In this document: piece after piece, positions 1 through 11,400 of the stretch
Numbering within the stretch: position 1 is the first letter of the stretch
How the letters are laid out: each line of letters begins with the position of its first letter
Assembly (NCBI GenBank): GCA_965285935.1
Contig: OZ260661.1
Span: forward strand, 43,462,001 to 43,526,000
DNA length: 64,000 bases
Direction: 5' to 3'
DNA from: Ophelia neglecta
Lineage: Eukaryota
Translations under genes and position numbers: made by a program
Notes under the pieces: generated by a model
Told to the model about the DNA's origin: nothing
Database searches by the model: none
The model's input: the letters and a program-made list of their open reading frames with translations, nothing else

Positions 1-113
1 TTTTGGTTTATTTTCCACTTTAGATCATAAAATATTCTAACAATGTATGGATTTAACAATACTCAAGTCACGGTACCTTTTTGTATTGTACATTTTAGTT
101 TTGTCTGTTGAAG

Positions 114-3100
114 GTGAGTGTTATAATCAAGGGACAGAGAGGTATCATGCAAAAGAGAGAACTCACCAAGAAGAGGGCCAACTTTACATTTGGTGTGGGG
201 ACATCGGAAGTGTTCTACATCAAGGGACCTAATCTCGGTGACCTTAGGTCCCTAGTAGTTGAGGTACTAAATCAAATTGTATCGATGCATTGGATTTTGA
301 TATTCAGTGCCCAATACATATTACACTGCAGCCACTGGCTCAGATATTGATAAACTGTCAACCTATTTTCCTTGTAACTGGCACTCTAATAATAATGTTT
401 ATGAGGGGCTCAAATATATCTTTATATTGGAATACATGTACCATATTTCCACGTGCATTATCCAAATTTACGTACAATATGCACCTAAACAATAACCCAC
501 ATGAGGCAAGATCTTGTTCCTCTGCGTACACCCGGCCCCTGAAAAATTAGGTCTAAGGCAGGAAATTTTGGTGGGAATATATTCATCCATTCTTCGGGAT
601 TTCCCAGCTTAAACCAATATGGTGTGTCAGATGATGCTGCAGTGGGAAATTAGTTCAGCTAAATTTTCCATCCTAGTTTCCTTGTGTGGTGTCACCACTG
701 ACTCCCTCAAATAATATCAGGAAGTGTTTTGAAATTTACAACATTAAGTGATAAATCTCTATCGACATGTTTTGATCTTGTTGTTGATGGACAAGTCACT
801 GTATTATCGCCAATTGGCACGATTTTGGCTGATCTGACCGCTAGAAAACTTTGCTTAAAACTTTAGCTTAAAAACTGCGGATTATACATGTGGGAATATG
901 GTGCATGTTTTTTAAGTTCAATGTGTATTTTTTGCTGGTTTTTTTCTTTTGTGTTTTCTTTTGATTCCCCAAGAAATATGGAATAGCACTTAGTTATTAA
1001 TTAATTTTTGGGGACAAAAAATGCTTCAATTGTATTTTCAATTTATTCTATTTCTAGCATGATGGCTTGGAGCAAAAGCATGGCTGGTTCCTGGAATACA
1101 TGGAAGTCCACAATATGACCATCAACAAGTGCTGGGTGTTCATGTGCAAGAATTGGCTTTCACTCTATGATGGAGATGGCAAACTGAAGAGGGTGCTCAG
1201 AGCACAACGGAAAGAGATGTACGAAACAGGTAGGATATTGTGTGGCACCTGGCTGAACAGTACCTACTCCGCAAAACTTAATATTAGTGTGTGCTATTTG
1301 TTCAATATGATAATAGATAAGATAATATGGCTACCTTCTTTTTTATTATGATAATACTTGTACAAACTACACACATTCATTGTGTACACTTTATATTCAA
1401 ATATAGGCATATATATGCCAGAAAATGTAATATCTACTAACTGCAGATATTATATATAAATATATATAGCTCAGAGCTATTTTGCCTACTTTTTGACATA
1501 CTTAAATTTTCTTCTCTGTATTCTATTGTTTCTCTTGAAGAGTCAGGTACATACAATCTTACTTTAACACTTACACCTGTTTGTGCAAAACTCTTACTGT
1601 TAGATGTCTCCATGTATTCACTGTTTTAATTTCCAGCATTGGTCTGCCTTTCACTTTATTTTTCTCATTACTCTGATTTGATTGCATGTAGAATACAACA
1701 GACGACGTGCAGGTACACATTTTTATCTATTTCATTATTTCTATATTGTCTGAAGTATTAAATCTTTTGCTGTACAAAAAGCTTCTGTACATTTTAAAGC
1801 ACAATTAGATATTCAGGACACAAATAAAAGCACTGGTGGTTTTTAGTTATGAAAATAATTATATTATTGAATTTACAAAGTGGCCATCATATTAGATTTC
1901 TAGTGAAAACTTTCCCATAGTTGATAGTAAAAACAATTATACATGTATGAATGAATTTTTTCTTTCAGTTTTACTGAAAAATTTCCAGTTACTTTTTATT
2001 ACCAAATACAGTACTAACAATAATGACATGGCAAGCACTGACCAGTAATTCATGTGATATTGTAAAACATGAACAAGCAAGACACATTTCATTCTCTGTT
2101 GTTTTATTTACTCATGTAACTTCATTAGTGTAATCATACACTAATAGAATCAAAATTGTGTCTTTAATGTTACTTATTATTGCTAATCTACTCATTTAAG
2201 AAACATAAGTTGTAAAAACCATTTATATATGCTTATATAATGTCAAAGCATATTTGCATGTCCTGGTATATTGTATTTTACCTGTTGATTGAAATCCTCC
2301 ATAGGAAAAGATACAGTGTGTTTTATGGATCAATGTTTGTGCTTTCTCTGTAGAGTACGAGATCACAGTGATCACGGCTGACAGGAAGTTTGCTGGTACT
2401 GATGCAAATGTTTACATAACTCTGTATGGCAAGAAGGCATTCACACCAAAAGAAAAACTAGAAAGTAAGGGGAAAAATCTCTTTGAACGAGGGAACAAAG
2501 ACAGGTTTACGCTGATCACAAAAGAACTTGGTCCAATCTCATCTATAAAGTGAGTTCCAGCTAATATAACTATAAAATATTGTCATGTATATACATAGTA
2601 AGAAAAAAAAACATAAAGGAAGCAATTATTTGTACTGATCTATAATTTGCCTTCATTCCTTGTTATTTGCTAACATGTTTTCAGATTGGAACATGATAAC
2701 AGTGGCTTGGCAGCTGGCTGGCTAGTGGAGCAGGTCATAGTTCATGATGTCAGTCTGGACCACAAGTATGTGTTTCCTATTGGACAGTGGTTAGCCACAG
2801 ATGAGGGAGATGGAACAATAGCTAAAGTGTTCTACCCGATTACCAAGAAGATGAAGGAGAACATGTCGGGCACAAATGTGATGGCAAACAGTAGAAAAAC
2901 CAAACAAAGGCATGGTAAGTGCAGATGAATGTGGCAGGGATTTCCTGGAAAAACATCCTTGAATTGAATGAATTAGTCAAATAGGATTAAATAATGAATT
3001 AATTAATACTTTTATATTAAAATCCGTCTAGAACTATGCAGGTTTTTTAATTTCCATTAAAATTAAAGGAGAAATGGACAGCGAAGTTCAGGGTGAGATG

Positions 3101-4608
3101 ATATATTATCAAGTCTCCTTGGTTACTGGTAATAAGAGCTATGCCGGCACTGACGCAAAGGTCTACATCCAATTAATTGGTAAACGTGGAAAAACCCATG
3201 AAGAATATCTTCCAGATGACAACTCAGAAAAATTTGAGAAGGGCAAAACAGACATTTTCAAGGTATTTCAGACAAATGTGTCTTATTTTAGAGAAAGACA
3301 TGAAAGATATTGCAAGTATTTATTCTAGTCAAATCCAATAATTGAAGTTGGTATCCTCTCTATTGATATTTGCAGTTTAGGGCTACTGATGTTGGAGATT
3401 TGAAGAAGCTGCATATCAGACATGATAACAGTGGGCTGGGAGCTGGCTGGTTCCTAGAAAAGGTAAATATATGCTAGGGTATGAGAAACCACATTGGAAT
3501 CTTATGATTTGATAATATTAGGAAATCTAATTAGAACATCAGTTTGTCACATTCCCCCTCATTCCTTTATTCACAGGTATCTGTGAGACGGTTTTTTTCT
3601 CAACATGAGATAGACTCCAAATTTTCTAAGATGCAAGAGGAAATCGATGAACATGTAAATAGGAGAGTGTCTGAAATAAGTGGTAAAGATATCGAAGAAG
3701 TGAAGAATGAATCAGGCCCAAGGAGGTCTTTAAAATACTCAGGGAAATTTAGAAGAATGGCGACACTGGATGAGGATGAAGAAGAGGATGAAAGGGAAAG
3801 TAACCGTAGTGGAAGGTTTGGTGATGATCTGCCAAAAGAAAAGAGAACCGGTCGAAGAAAAAACACACAAAATCACTCTGATGAGAGTGATGATGATTCT
3901 GATATAGTTGTAATCAACCCCCGAAGGAAGGGGAGAAGAGTACATAAACGATATGTTATTGGAGTCAAAGAGTTTATACTAACTGAAACAGAGTCGGATG
4001 ATGACAGTGATGACACATTATACAGAGACAAACGTAAGAAGCATAGAAGAGGAAAATATGATTCTGATGAAGACAGCGGGGATGACAATCGAAAAAAGAG
4101 AGGAAAGAAAGGTAGAAATGGAAAATATGATTCAGATGATGAAAGTGATGATGGCTACAGGAAGAAGGAATGGAAAAAACAGCAAAGGAGAAAATCTGAT
4201 TCGGAATCAGATGATTCAGATGACCAAATAAGTAGGAAACTGAGCAAGAACAGAAGAAGAAAGACACACAGTGATGATTCTGAATCTGAGGATGACTATG
4301 ACAGAAAGGATAGAAGGAAAGCAAAGTCCAAAAGGGATAGAAAGACAAGTGATTCTGAATCAGATTCTGATAATTATAAGAGAAAAAAGAAAGGAAGGCA
4401 TGGTAACAGACGATATGCCTCACATGACAGTGATGAGGAAGAAAGTTTTGCTGTGACAAAAATTTGGAAAAAGGACCGAATTCCATACTGTGATGAGTAT
4501 GTATTTCCTTGCCATCATTGGCTTGCTGAGGATGAAGAAGATGGGGCAATTGCCAGAACCCTCAAACCAGAATCCTGTACAAGCTTCTATAGAATGGCTA
4601 GAAAGTGA
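114..4608 (+). CDS. LOXHD1-like: Multi-PLAT (LH2) domain protein, LOXHD1-like; 3' exons only, gene begins left of the window
   Basis: Phase-compatible GT-AG exons: ~114-263, 1058-1229, 2354-2549, 2685-2914, 3069-3262, 3376-3462, 3577-4608 (TGA). They encode three tandem PLAT repeats with hallmark motifs YEITVITADRKFAGTDANVYITLYG, FERGNKDRF, HDNSGLAAGWLVEQV, FPIGQWLATDEGDG, YQVSLVTGNKSYAGTDAKVYIQLIG, HDNSGLGAGWFLEKV and FPCHHWLAEDEEDG. Orthology to LOXHD1 itself is not proven. Confidence 0.88.
1692..1712 (+). other. Candidate 21-nt symmetric microexon (EYNRRRA) in the LOXHD1-like gene
   Basis: tgcatgtag|AATACAACAGACGACGTGCAG|gtacac; long pyrimidine tract upstream; phase 1-1 matches the host intron; no stop codon. 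Confidence 0.4.
3577..4608 (+). CDS. Terminal coding exon of the LOXHD1-like gene: PLAT strand, ~300-aa K/R/D/S-rich insert, then the end of the PLAT domain
   Basis: Acceptor ctttattcacag|GTA at 3576/3577, in frame after WFLEK. Open to TGA at 4606-4608; ends with DEYVFPCHHWLAEDEEDGAIARTL. Confidence 0.85.
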   Translation, partial: VSVRRFFSQHEIDSKFSKMQEEIDEHVNRRVSEISGKDIEEVKNESGPRRSLKYSGKFRRMATLDEDEEEDERESNRSGRFGDDLPKEKRTGRRKNTQNHSDESDDDSDIVVINPRRKGRRVHKRYVIGVKEFILTETESDDDSDDTLYRDKRKKHRRGKYDSDEDSGDDNRKKRGKKGRNGKYDSDDESDDGYRKKEWKKQQRRKSDSESDDSDDQISRKLSKNRRRKTHSDDSESEDDYDRKDRRKAKSKRDRKTSDSESDSDNYKRKKKGRHGNRRYASHDSDEEESFAVTKIWKKDRIPYCDEYVFPCHHWLAEDEEDGAIARTLKPESCTSFYRMARK

Positions 4609-5148
4609 TATCCAAGCAAAATTTCATTTCTCACAAACCGAGCAATTGTTACACGACCAGTTGCCGGTTAGAGGTGGTCAAAGCTACGTCAGGTCTTTGG
4701 GTATTATCAATTTCATGCTCAGCACTCTCTTTGATATAATTATCATACTATGGATACATTATATTTGCCTACATGAGGCAACAACTATAAAATGCTGGGT
4801 TTTTTTTTATGTACATATAGGTATATTTACAAAGCTGAAATGAATGCCATCAAGTTGTGAACATTCATATATATTGTCCAGTGAAAGCTGGTAGTGAGGA
4901 ATTGTAATTTCCTTGTTGTTTTGTGCAATTTTTTTTCTAAAACCATTATTTAATACATTTATAAGAAATTTTCTCATGAATTCTGCAAGTGGTGAATTGT
5001 CATATCCTTGCTTTTTTGTGAACTTTTTTCTTAACCATTTTTTTAAACATTTTTGTAAGAGATTTTCTCATGACAATTAAATGCTCATACTTTGTACATA
5101 TTCATATCCTTGCATATTCAAATATTTTAATATGCAGTAGGTACAGAC

Positions 5149-5337
5149 AATAAAATGAGATTATAAGCTCGGAACAATGTAGGTACATGTGTACATGTTT
5201 AAGAATGACATTAAATGGCTGGCTTTTTAAATTTTGAAAGTACTTTACTCAGCTGTCTCATTCCACATTAATTTCATTATTATGTACACTTAAATGACTA
5301 CACATACCTCTGAGGAAGTGCATGTTGACACAATAAA
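5149..5337 (+). terminator. Candidate polyadenylation signals of the LOXHD1-like gene
   Basis: AATAAA at 5149-5154 and 5332-5337, downstream of the stop codon in AT-rich UTR-like sequence. Confidence 0.35.
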
Positions 5338-7421
5338 AGATATTTTTGTCAATCTAGACTTTATTTGGAGTCATCAGACTACTCAGTTTTAGCATGTACA
5401 ATGTGCAAAAGGATGCTGTTTATTGGCAGAGTTTCATACATCTACATTTGATCACTGAGGATTTGTTTTCCTTTCCCCTTGTTGTAAAAGTTGTTTTGTT
5501 ATTTCTTTCTTAGTACATCCTGTACAATTATTGACTTTTAAGTCATTCCTACTCATTTTATGTACTGTATGACTTGTATAAGTCTACTATTCATATATAA
5601 ATAACCATTACAGGACACAATTCTTGAATTTCCTTCATTAATTAGTAATTTGGAGCTTCACATGTGTGATTATAATTTGTCAGGTTAAAATTTCTTGTGA
5701 GCAAGGTATAAACGTTGGAATATTCATGTACATTATACACTTTTAAACATGGTGTCTTCATTTGAAGATTTTGTTAGTACTTGTGTAATATATAGTTGCT
5801 ATGTAAAAGGATGCATGCTTTAAATCCCACTGAAATTTGAAGATCATGCAGTTTTCAAAATCATTTCTTTTAACAATAGACATACTTCCATTCTGACTAG
5901 TCACAGATAACATGGTCCTTCAGTGTCTTACATGCAGAGGATTGGGTGGAAGACCTGAATCACTGGAAAAAAAAACATCAAAAGGCATTTTACTATGCAG
6001 TGTCTATTGAACACTGACATATCAAGATGACCTCCTTGTTTCCTAAGGATTAACTTCTTTTTGGTAATTTGCAAGTAGTGTAATGGATAGTAGTGTAGGA
6101 CAGGATATTCATATGGAACCTACATGACAAAGGAGGCACTATATTGTAACCATTCATTTTTAGCACATATTTTCGACAGGAATGAGTGGGTTAATCAGGA
6201 ATGGAAATCAAGTGCTAGTAGTACTGCATTGGCTAAAAGGAATTATTATAGTTAAGTAGTCTATATTCATAATACTGGTTGAGTCTTCCAAATTTAATAA
6301 ATCACTTTGAATGCTGGTTTACACCTGAGTGGCTAAAAATTAGAATAAGTATGTATTGCCTGCCCAGGTGTTTTGAAGAAATGCGTTAAATACCAGCTCA
6401 AAATAGTGTTGACACTAGGCATGCACAGTGGAATGGTTACAAAAACTTGTTGGTCCGATGCTGTTTGAAGTATAGACTTGCACAATCAACCCAAAGCATC
6501 CCATGTTCTGTGTTTAAAAAAATTGGGCTGTATGACCCTTTTATCTTATATTAATGCAAGGAATCTTTCCTCATCTATTTTATAAATGTCATTTCTGTTG
6601 TGTTTTCCAACCAGTCCTATTCAATTAATAATGATTACAATTCTTTGAGTAAGACAAGAGGAGATAATAATGTTGACTTGAGCTGCTGAACCCTCCTAGG
6701 AAGCCCTGCATTAAGGTTATTGTCTTCATATGTTTATAGGAGGTGATTACACATCCCGCATCAATTTCAAGGCTGTACCTCATTAATATTAAAGATCCAG
6801 TTCCTGTAGACTATACGATGTTTGTGGAGAAATGGTCTATAATTAAACTGATTAAACCTTTGAAAGCTGGATAGTGTTAAGCATGATGATTTCTTGTTTC
6901 AGGTTAATGTACCAATATCATGGAGAATCAAGTCATGGTTAACAGAAAAGCAGCAGCTGCCCATGTCAGAAGAAATACATGTACTTGGAAAAAAAAAGGA
7001 AGAAAAGTGCTGGAGTTATACAGCTTTGCTTGAAAATGTAAACAGCCTATTTGTATGTTAATGATCATCGTAGGTTTAGTATTTCGTTTTATGCTAGAAA
7101 TGTAAATGTTCCAAATAATGTTTATTTTGGGTTACATTTCTCTTGCTATCAAACCTTCTGGGAGTAAGAGAAAATGTCCAAGGTGTGATGTTAACCAGTG
7201 TGGCCCCCCCCCCCCCCCCCTCAATTGTTGTACATGTATTTTAGGATTATTATTATTATAAAAAGTTTTTTTTGAATAGTTTCCAATAACTGAACATACT
7301 TTTCTATGCAAGCTCAGTGATTTATACATGTTATACTATTACAATATTTATTTCTCATTTGAGGTGATTCAAGCGATTAGCAGAGTCAACAGGAGGCCAT
7401 AGTCATTACCAAGTACACAGT

Positions 7422-7457
7422 ACATGTACACTGTGTACATGTACACAGTGTACATGT
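7422..7457. repeat. Perfect 36-bp palindrome built from TACATGTA/GTACAC motifs
   Basis: ACATGTACACTGTGTACATGTACACAGTGTACATGT equals its own reverse complement. Confidence 0.9.
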
Positions 7458-8004
7458 GACATTGTTCATCTTTGTGATAGGTTAAGACATACAGACACAT
7501 TTAATATGACATTTGTACATGTAGTGAAGAACTATTGACTTACATCAAGTTTTTTAACAGGAAAATGTTTGGGGTAATGTTATTATCTGATTATATGCAC
7601 TGCATTAAGGTGCTCAAATTGAGAAGTCTTGTCCCCCAAAAATGTGTTTCTTCTAGTCTCTTTAAAGAGCATGGTTGATTCCTCTTGTTTCATTGAGCCA
7701 TACTTTGTTTCAACCAACTCTTATTGAAATATTTGGCAGTGAAAAAACTCATTAGGGTGTTTTTACAGTGAAAAGGCTAGTATGTAATTAAATGAAACAA
7801 TCTTTACCTACCAAGATAGCCCAGGTTGTATTAATTAAACATATTTTATGATATAGGTTTATCTCTTTTGGCACACTAGACAGCAAACCACAATATAAGG
7901 TAGTTTTTTGATCAGTTGTATATTGTACTGCTGCCTAAATATTAAATTGAGGTACATCTTCTGGTATGACTTCTGTACCTGACCACTTTGTTTCAACTCG
8001 AAAA

Positions 8005-8495
8005 CCGCCTTAAGTAAAGTCATCCACTGAGAGTAAATATCTCATCATTGCATCAGACAGTCTAAGTGAAGTTCTCCTCTGAGAGCATGTCTCACATTGT
8101 GATATAAAACCTTAGTAGTCCTCCTCTGAGTGCATGTCTCACATTGTGATATAAAACCTTAGTAGTCCTCCTCTGAGAGCATGTCTCACATTGTGATATA
8201 CAACCTTAGTAGTCCTCCTCTGAGAGCATGTCTCACATTGTGATATAAAACCTTAGTAGTCATCCTCTGAGAGCATGTCTCACATTGTGATATAAAACCT
8301 AAGTAGTCATCCTCTGAGAGCATGTCTCTCATTGTGACATCGAACATTTCAAGTGGAGTTCTACTCTGAGAGCATGTCTCACATTGTGACATCAAACCTT
8401 CTAAGTGAGGTCATTCTCTGAGAGCATGTCTCATGTTTCTTACAACTTCAGACCTTCCAAGTAAAGTTATCCACTGAGAGCATGTCTCACTGTAA
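8005..8495. repeat. Minisatellite, ~10 units; 47-bp core period with 52-56-bp diverged outer units
   Basis: Unit CTCTGAGAGCATGTCTCACATTGTGATATAAAACCTTAGTAGTCCTC. GAG anchor at 8029, 8081, 8128, 8175, 8222, 8269, 8316, 8368, 8420, 8476. Confidence 0.95.
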
Positions 8496-11400
8496 CATAC
8501 AGTCGGGAGCAGTGATGGAAAAATAACCATGAAACATATCAAACTATTTCCCCCAATTTATTACTGAACAATACTGTAATCTTTCTGGCTCAACAACATT
8601 CATGAAAGTGAGAATACATACATTATTGAGCCAACTTTTGGATACACATGTCCATGTAAAAGAACATAGGATTTTCCCCCCTGATCTAACAGTGCCCCAG
8701 ATTATTTCCAAAATGAATAAGCCAACCGGTCGCATATCATAACTTAAGTTTTCACTGACAGTGTTGACTGTCAGATGTTTACTTGTCCTGGTTTGGTAGA
8801 TTCAAGGACCAAAGTTCTTACTTTGAAAAAGAACAAAGCCCCAAAACTCTTTAATATTTGAAGATTGATATGCTCATGCGAAAGGGCAATTCATTGATCA
8901 TTCTGGAATTGTCTCATTCATCAACCAATGGATGGAGTTTTTATCTTGACGTGTCCTACTAGCGAAGTCTTTCAGATTATCCCACACAAAAAGCCAATAT
9001 CCACAAACTGCTGTATATACCTTCAGTGATCACAATTTATGTTAGTCTCTCTCACAGATACAACAGCAGCCCTTACAATGATGGATATTGATGAGAAAGT
9101 ATATTGAATCTTCTGTTTTGTCCATAATAACATGCAGGATTACTGTGCCCGATTCCTGTCTTCCTGTCCTTCCTGCTTGCACTAGTCTTTTCAGAGTATC
9201 AAATGAAAAGCAATCTTCCTAAGCTGGTTAGCTGGATTCTCTCATAATACCAGCAAATCAATTGATTTTTTATCTAATCACTTTTCTTGTTAATTTTTCA
9301 TCTGTCACTGCATTTTATTGAATCTTTCATCAGGCGTAATCATTTCTGGCTGGAGATTGCTTGCCTTCTTTGGAGAGGGATGTTTTTGTTTGACTATTCA
9401 GTGGACAAAAGGTCAGATTGTATCATATTCAGTTACACAACTTCTTCAGTGGGTTATAACTCAATGAAGATTGGCATTTTTTGTGCTTTTTCCTTGGCAT
9501 GTGTTATTGTGCATTGTTAAAAAAAGTGAATCTGCTCGGCAACAAGATGCCTGCTTCACTTAACTTGGATATTCCTTTTCTCTGGAGAGTGGAATATAAG
9601 AGTAATATAATGGCAGTCAAAATCATATGGATCACTCACGGATCAGACATAGTACATGTTCTTTGAATGTACTTATTTACGCCATGATTTTCAATTGATA
9701 AATAAATAAAAAACAGCCCTATTTATTAGTAACTTTTTTTACTTGTATATTAATATGTAGTCCAAGTTAAGGATTTTATTTAATTTTCACCACTGATATT
9801 TGTTCACAAGTTAAACTTTTGTTGTGGTCATTAAATTTGTGTTTGTCCCTCTTCACTGGGTGGATGTCCCCCACTTTGCTTGCATGTCATTTTGGCGAGG
9901 TGTGGGTTAAGAGGCCCCTTGTCAGGAGGACTGCTGAAAGAAGATTACAAGTTGGCTCCTATTACCTCCCACTGCCAAAACATTGACAGCCTTCATTAAT
10001 TCTAAGATCCCCTGGGATTGCCACATATTGTCTATTCCCAATACCAAACTGCATAAATCTCAGACAGTTCTACTGCTGTCCTATTAATTGCTTATTGAAT
10101 TGACAGCTGGGTGCATGGGCCATGCAATATCCATGGAAGCCGACTAATATCACGCTGAGAGTCTGTGATTGATACGCTGGGTTGTGGAATTGTATTGATA
10201 TGTGCTCACCATATCATCTCAGACCACATAACAGCCCTGTTCTGTGATTATTAATCTGTGTCTGGCCTCAATGCTAATTTGTCTCCTCTCTAATGAGCAT
10301 CCAGGCAATTTTTGGACAGTTCAGGTAGGTTTTGACAGGTCAGCCAAATTCAAGATGCATAACCAGCCATCAGAAATAAGTAGATAAACTCTAATTCGAT
10401 GGGATTCTTTGGGCCCTCTTCCAATGTTGTTTCTAAGGAGAGAAAGTAATTAAGTTCTGTAGTGATATCAGCTTGCTGATGCCTAATATGTCCTAAGAGC
10501 AGACTACCAACTCGCTATAGGAATGTTTGATGTGTTTGACAATTTTGACATTATAAGGGCACATTAGTTCTGCAAAAAATGGTATTGGAAACCATGTTGG
10601 CAAGTTGTAGAAGTGACATTGCTTTAAATTCCATGATTTTTTGCAATATTGATGGTCGAAATACAACAGGCAGTTTAGAGAAGGTTTGTATGTTTTTATG
10701 TGTTTGGTGGAATACAAGATTGAATTTTTAAAAAAACATCAACTCATCTGACCCTTTAGTCTCCGGCCACTTCACTACCCTGTAAATCAACATACAGTTG
10801 TTTATCCATTACCAATGGTATTTGTGTCGCTATATGTTTAAGCAAGTGCATCATTATTATAATATTGTTATAATGTGTTGCGTGCCAGGACTTAGTTTAG
10901 CTGAGATTCTGGACAATTGCCTAGCATCATAGTTTTTGTCATGACACAATGTAGGAATATGTCATCCTCTCATGAAGAGCAGTTCCCTTGCCACTGAGTG
11001 TTTCACTAGTTTCATTTCTTTCCAGTTATTAAAGCTCATACTCTGAAATAAGTTTGTGAACTGTCAGTCTACCAAAGCTTTCTGCTAGCAAACACCTGAA
11101 GAGTCGACCAATTCAAGTTCTCCACTATGACCAGGTAATTATTGGTTATATTCACATCCGAACCATAGGCCTAGGCATGAACCCCTATGGAGTAGATTTG
11201 GGGAGATTATTTTGATTTCATGGGCATGTGGTAGGTACATGTACATATATATTTTGAGTAATGATCATATCTCAAGTGAATCTCTTTATTTGGCACCTTA
11301 TTCGGAAAACTAGCCATCATGCATTGTGTCTAGACTGGTCTGAACAACCCTTAGCTCATATTGCCTTCGTTAGTGTTCTTATTTTCCGACAGAAGAGGAA

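Noticed and set aside
3600-4549. Antisense and alternative-frame ORFs over the LOXHD1-like last exon, and similar ones over 53.4-56.4 kb
   Set aside because: Shadow ORFs caused by biased codon composition of the real exon; no recognisable motifs.
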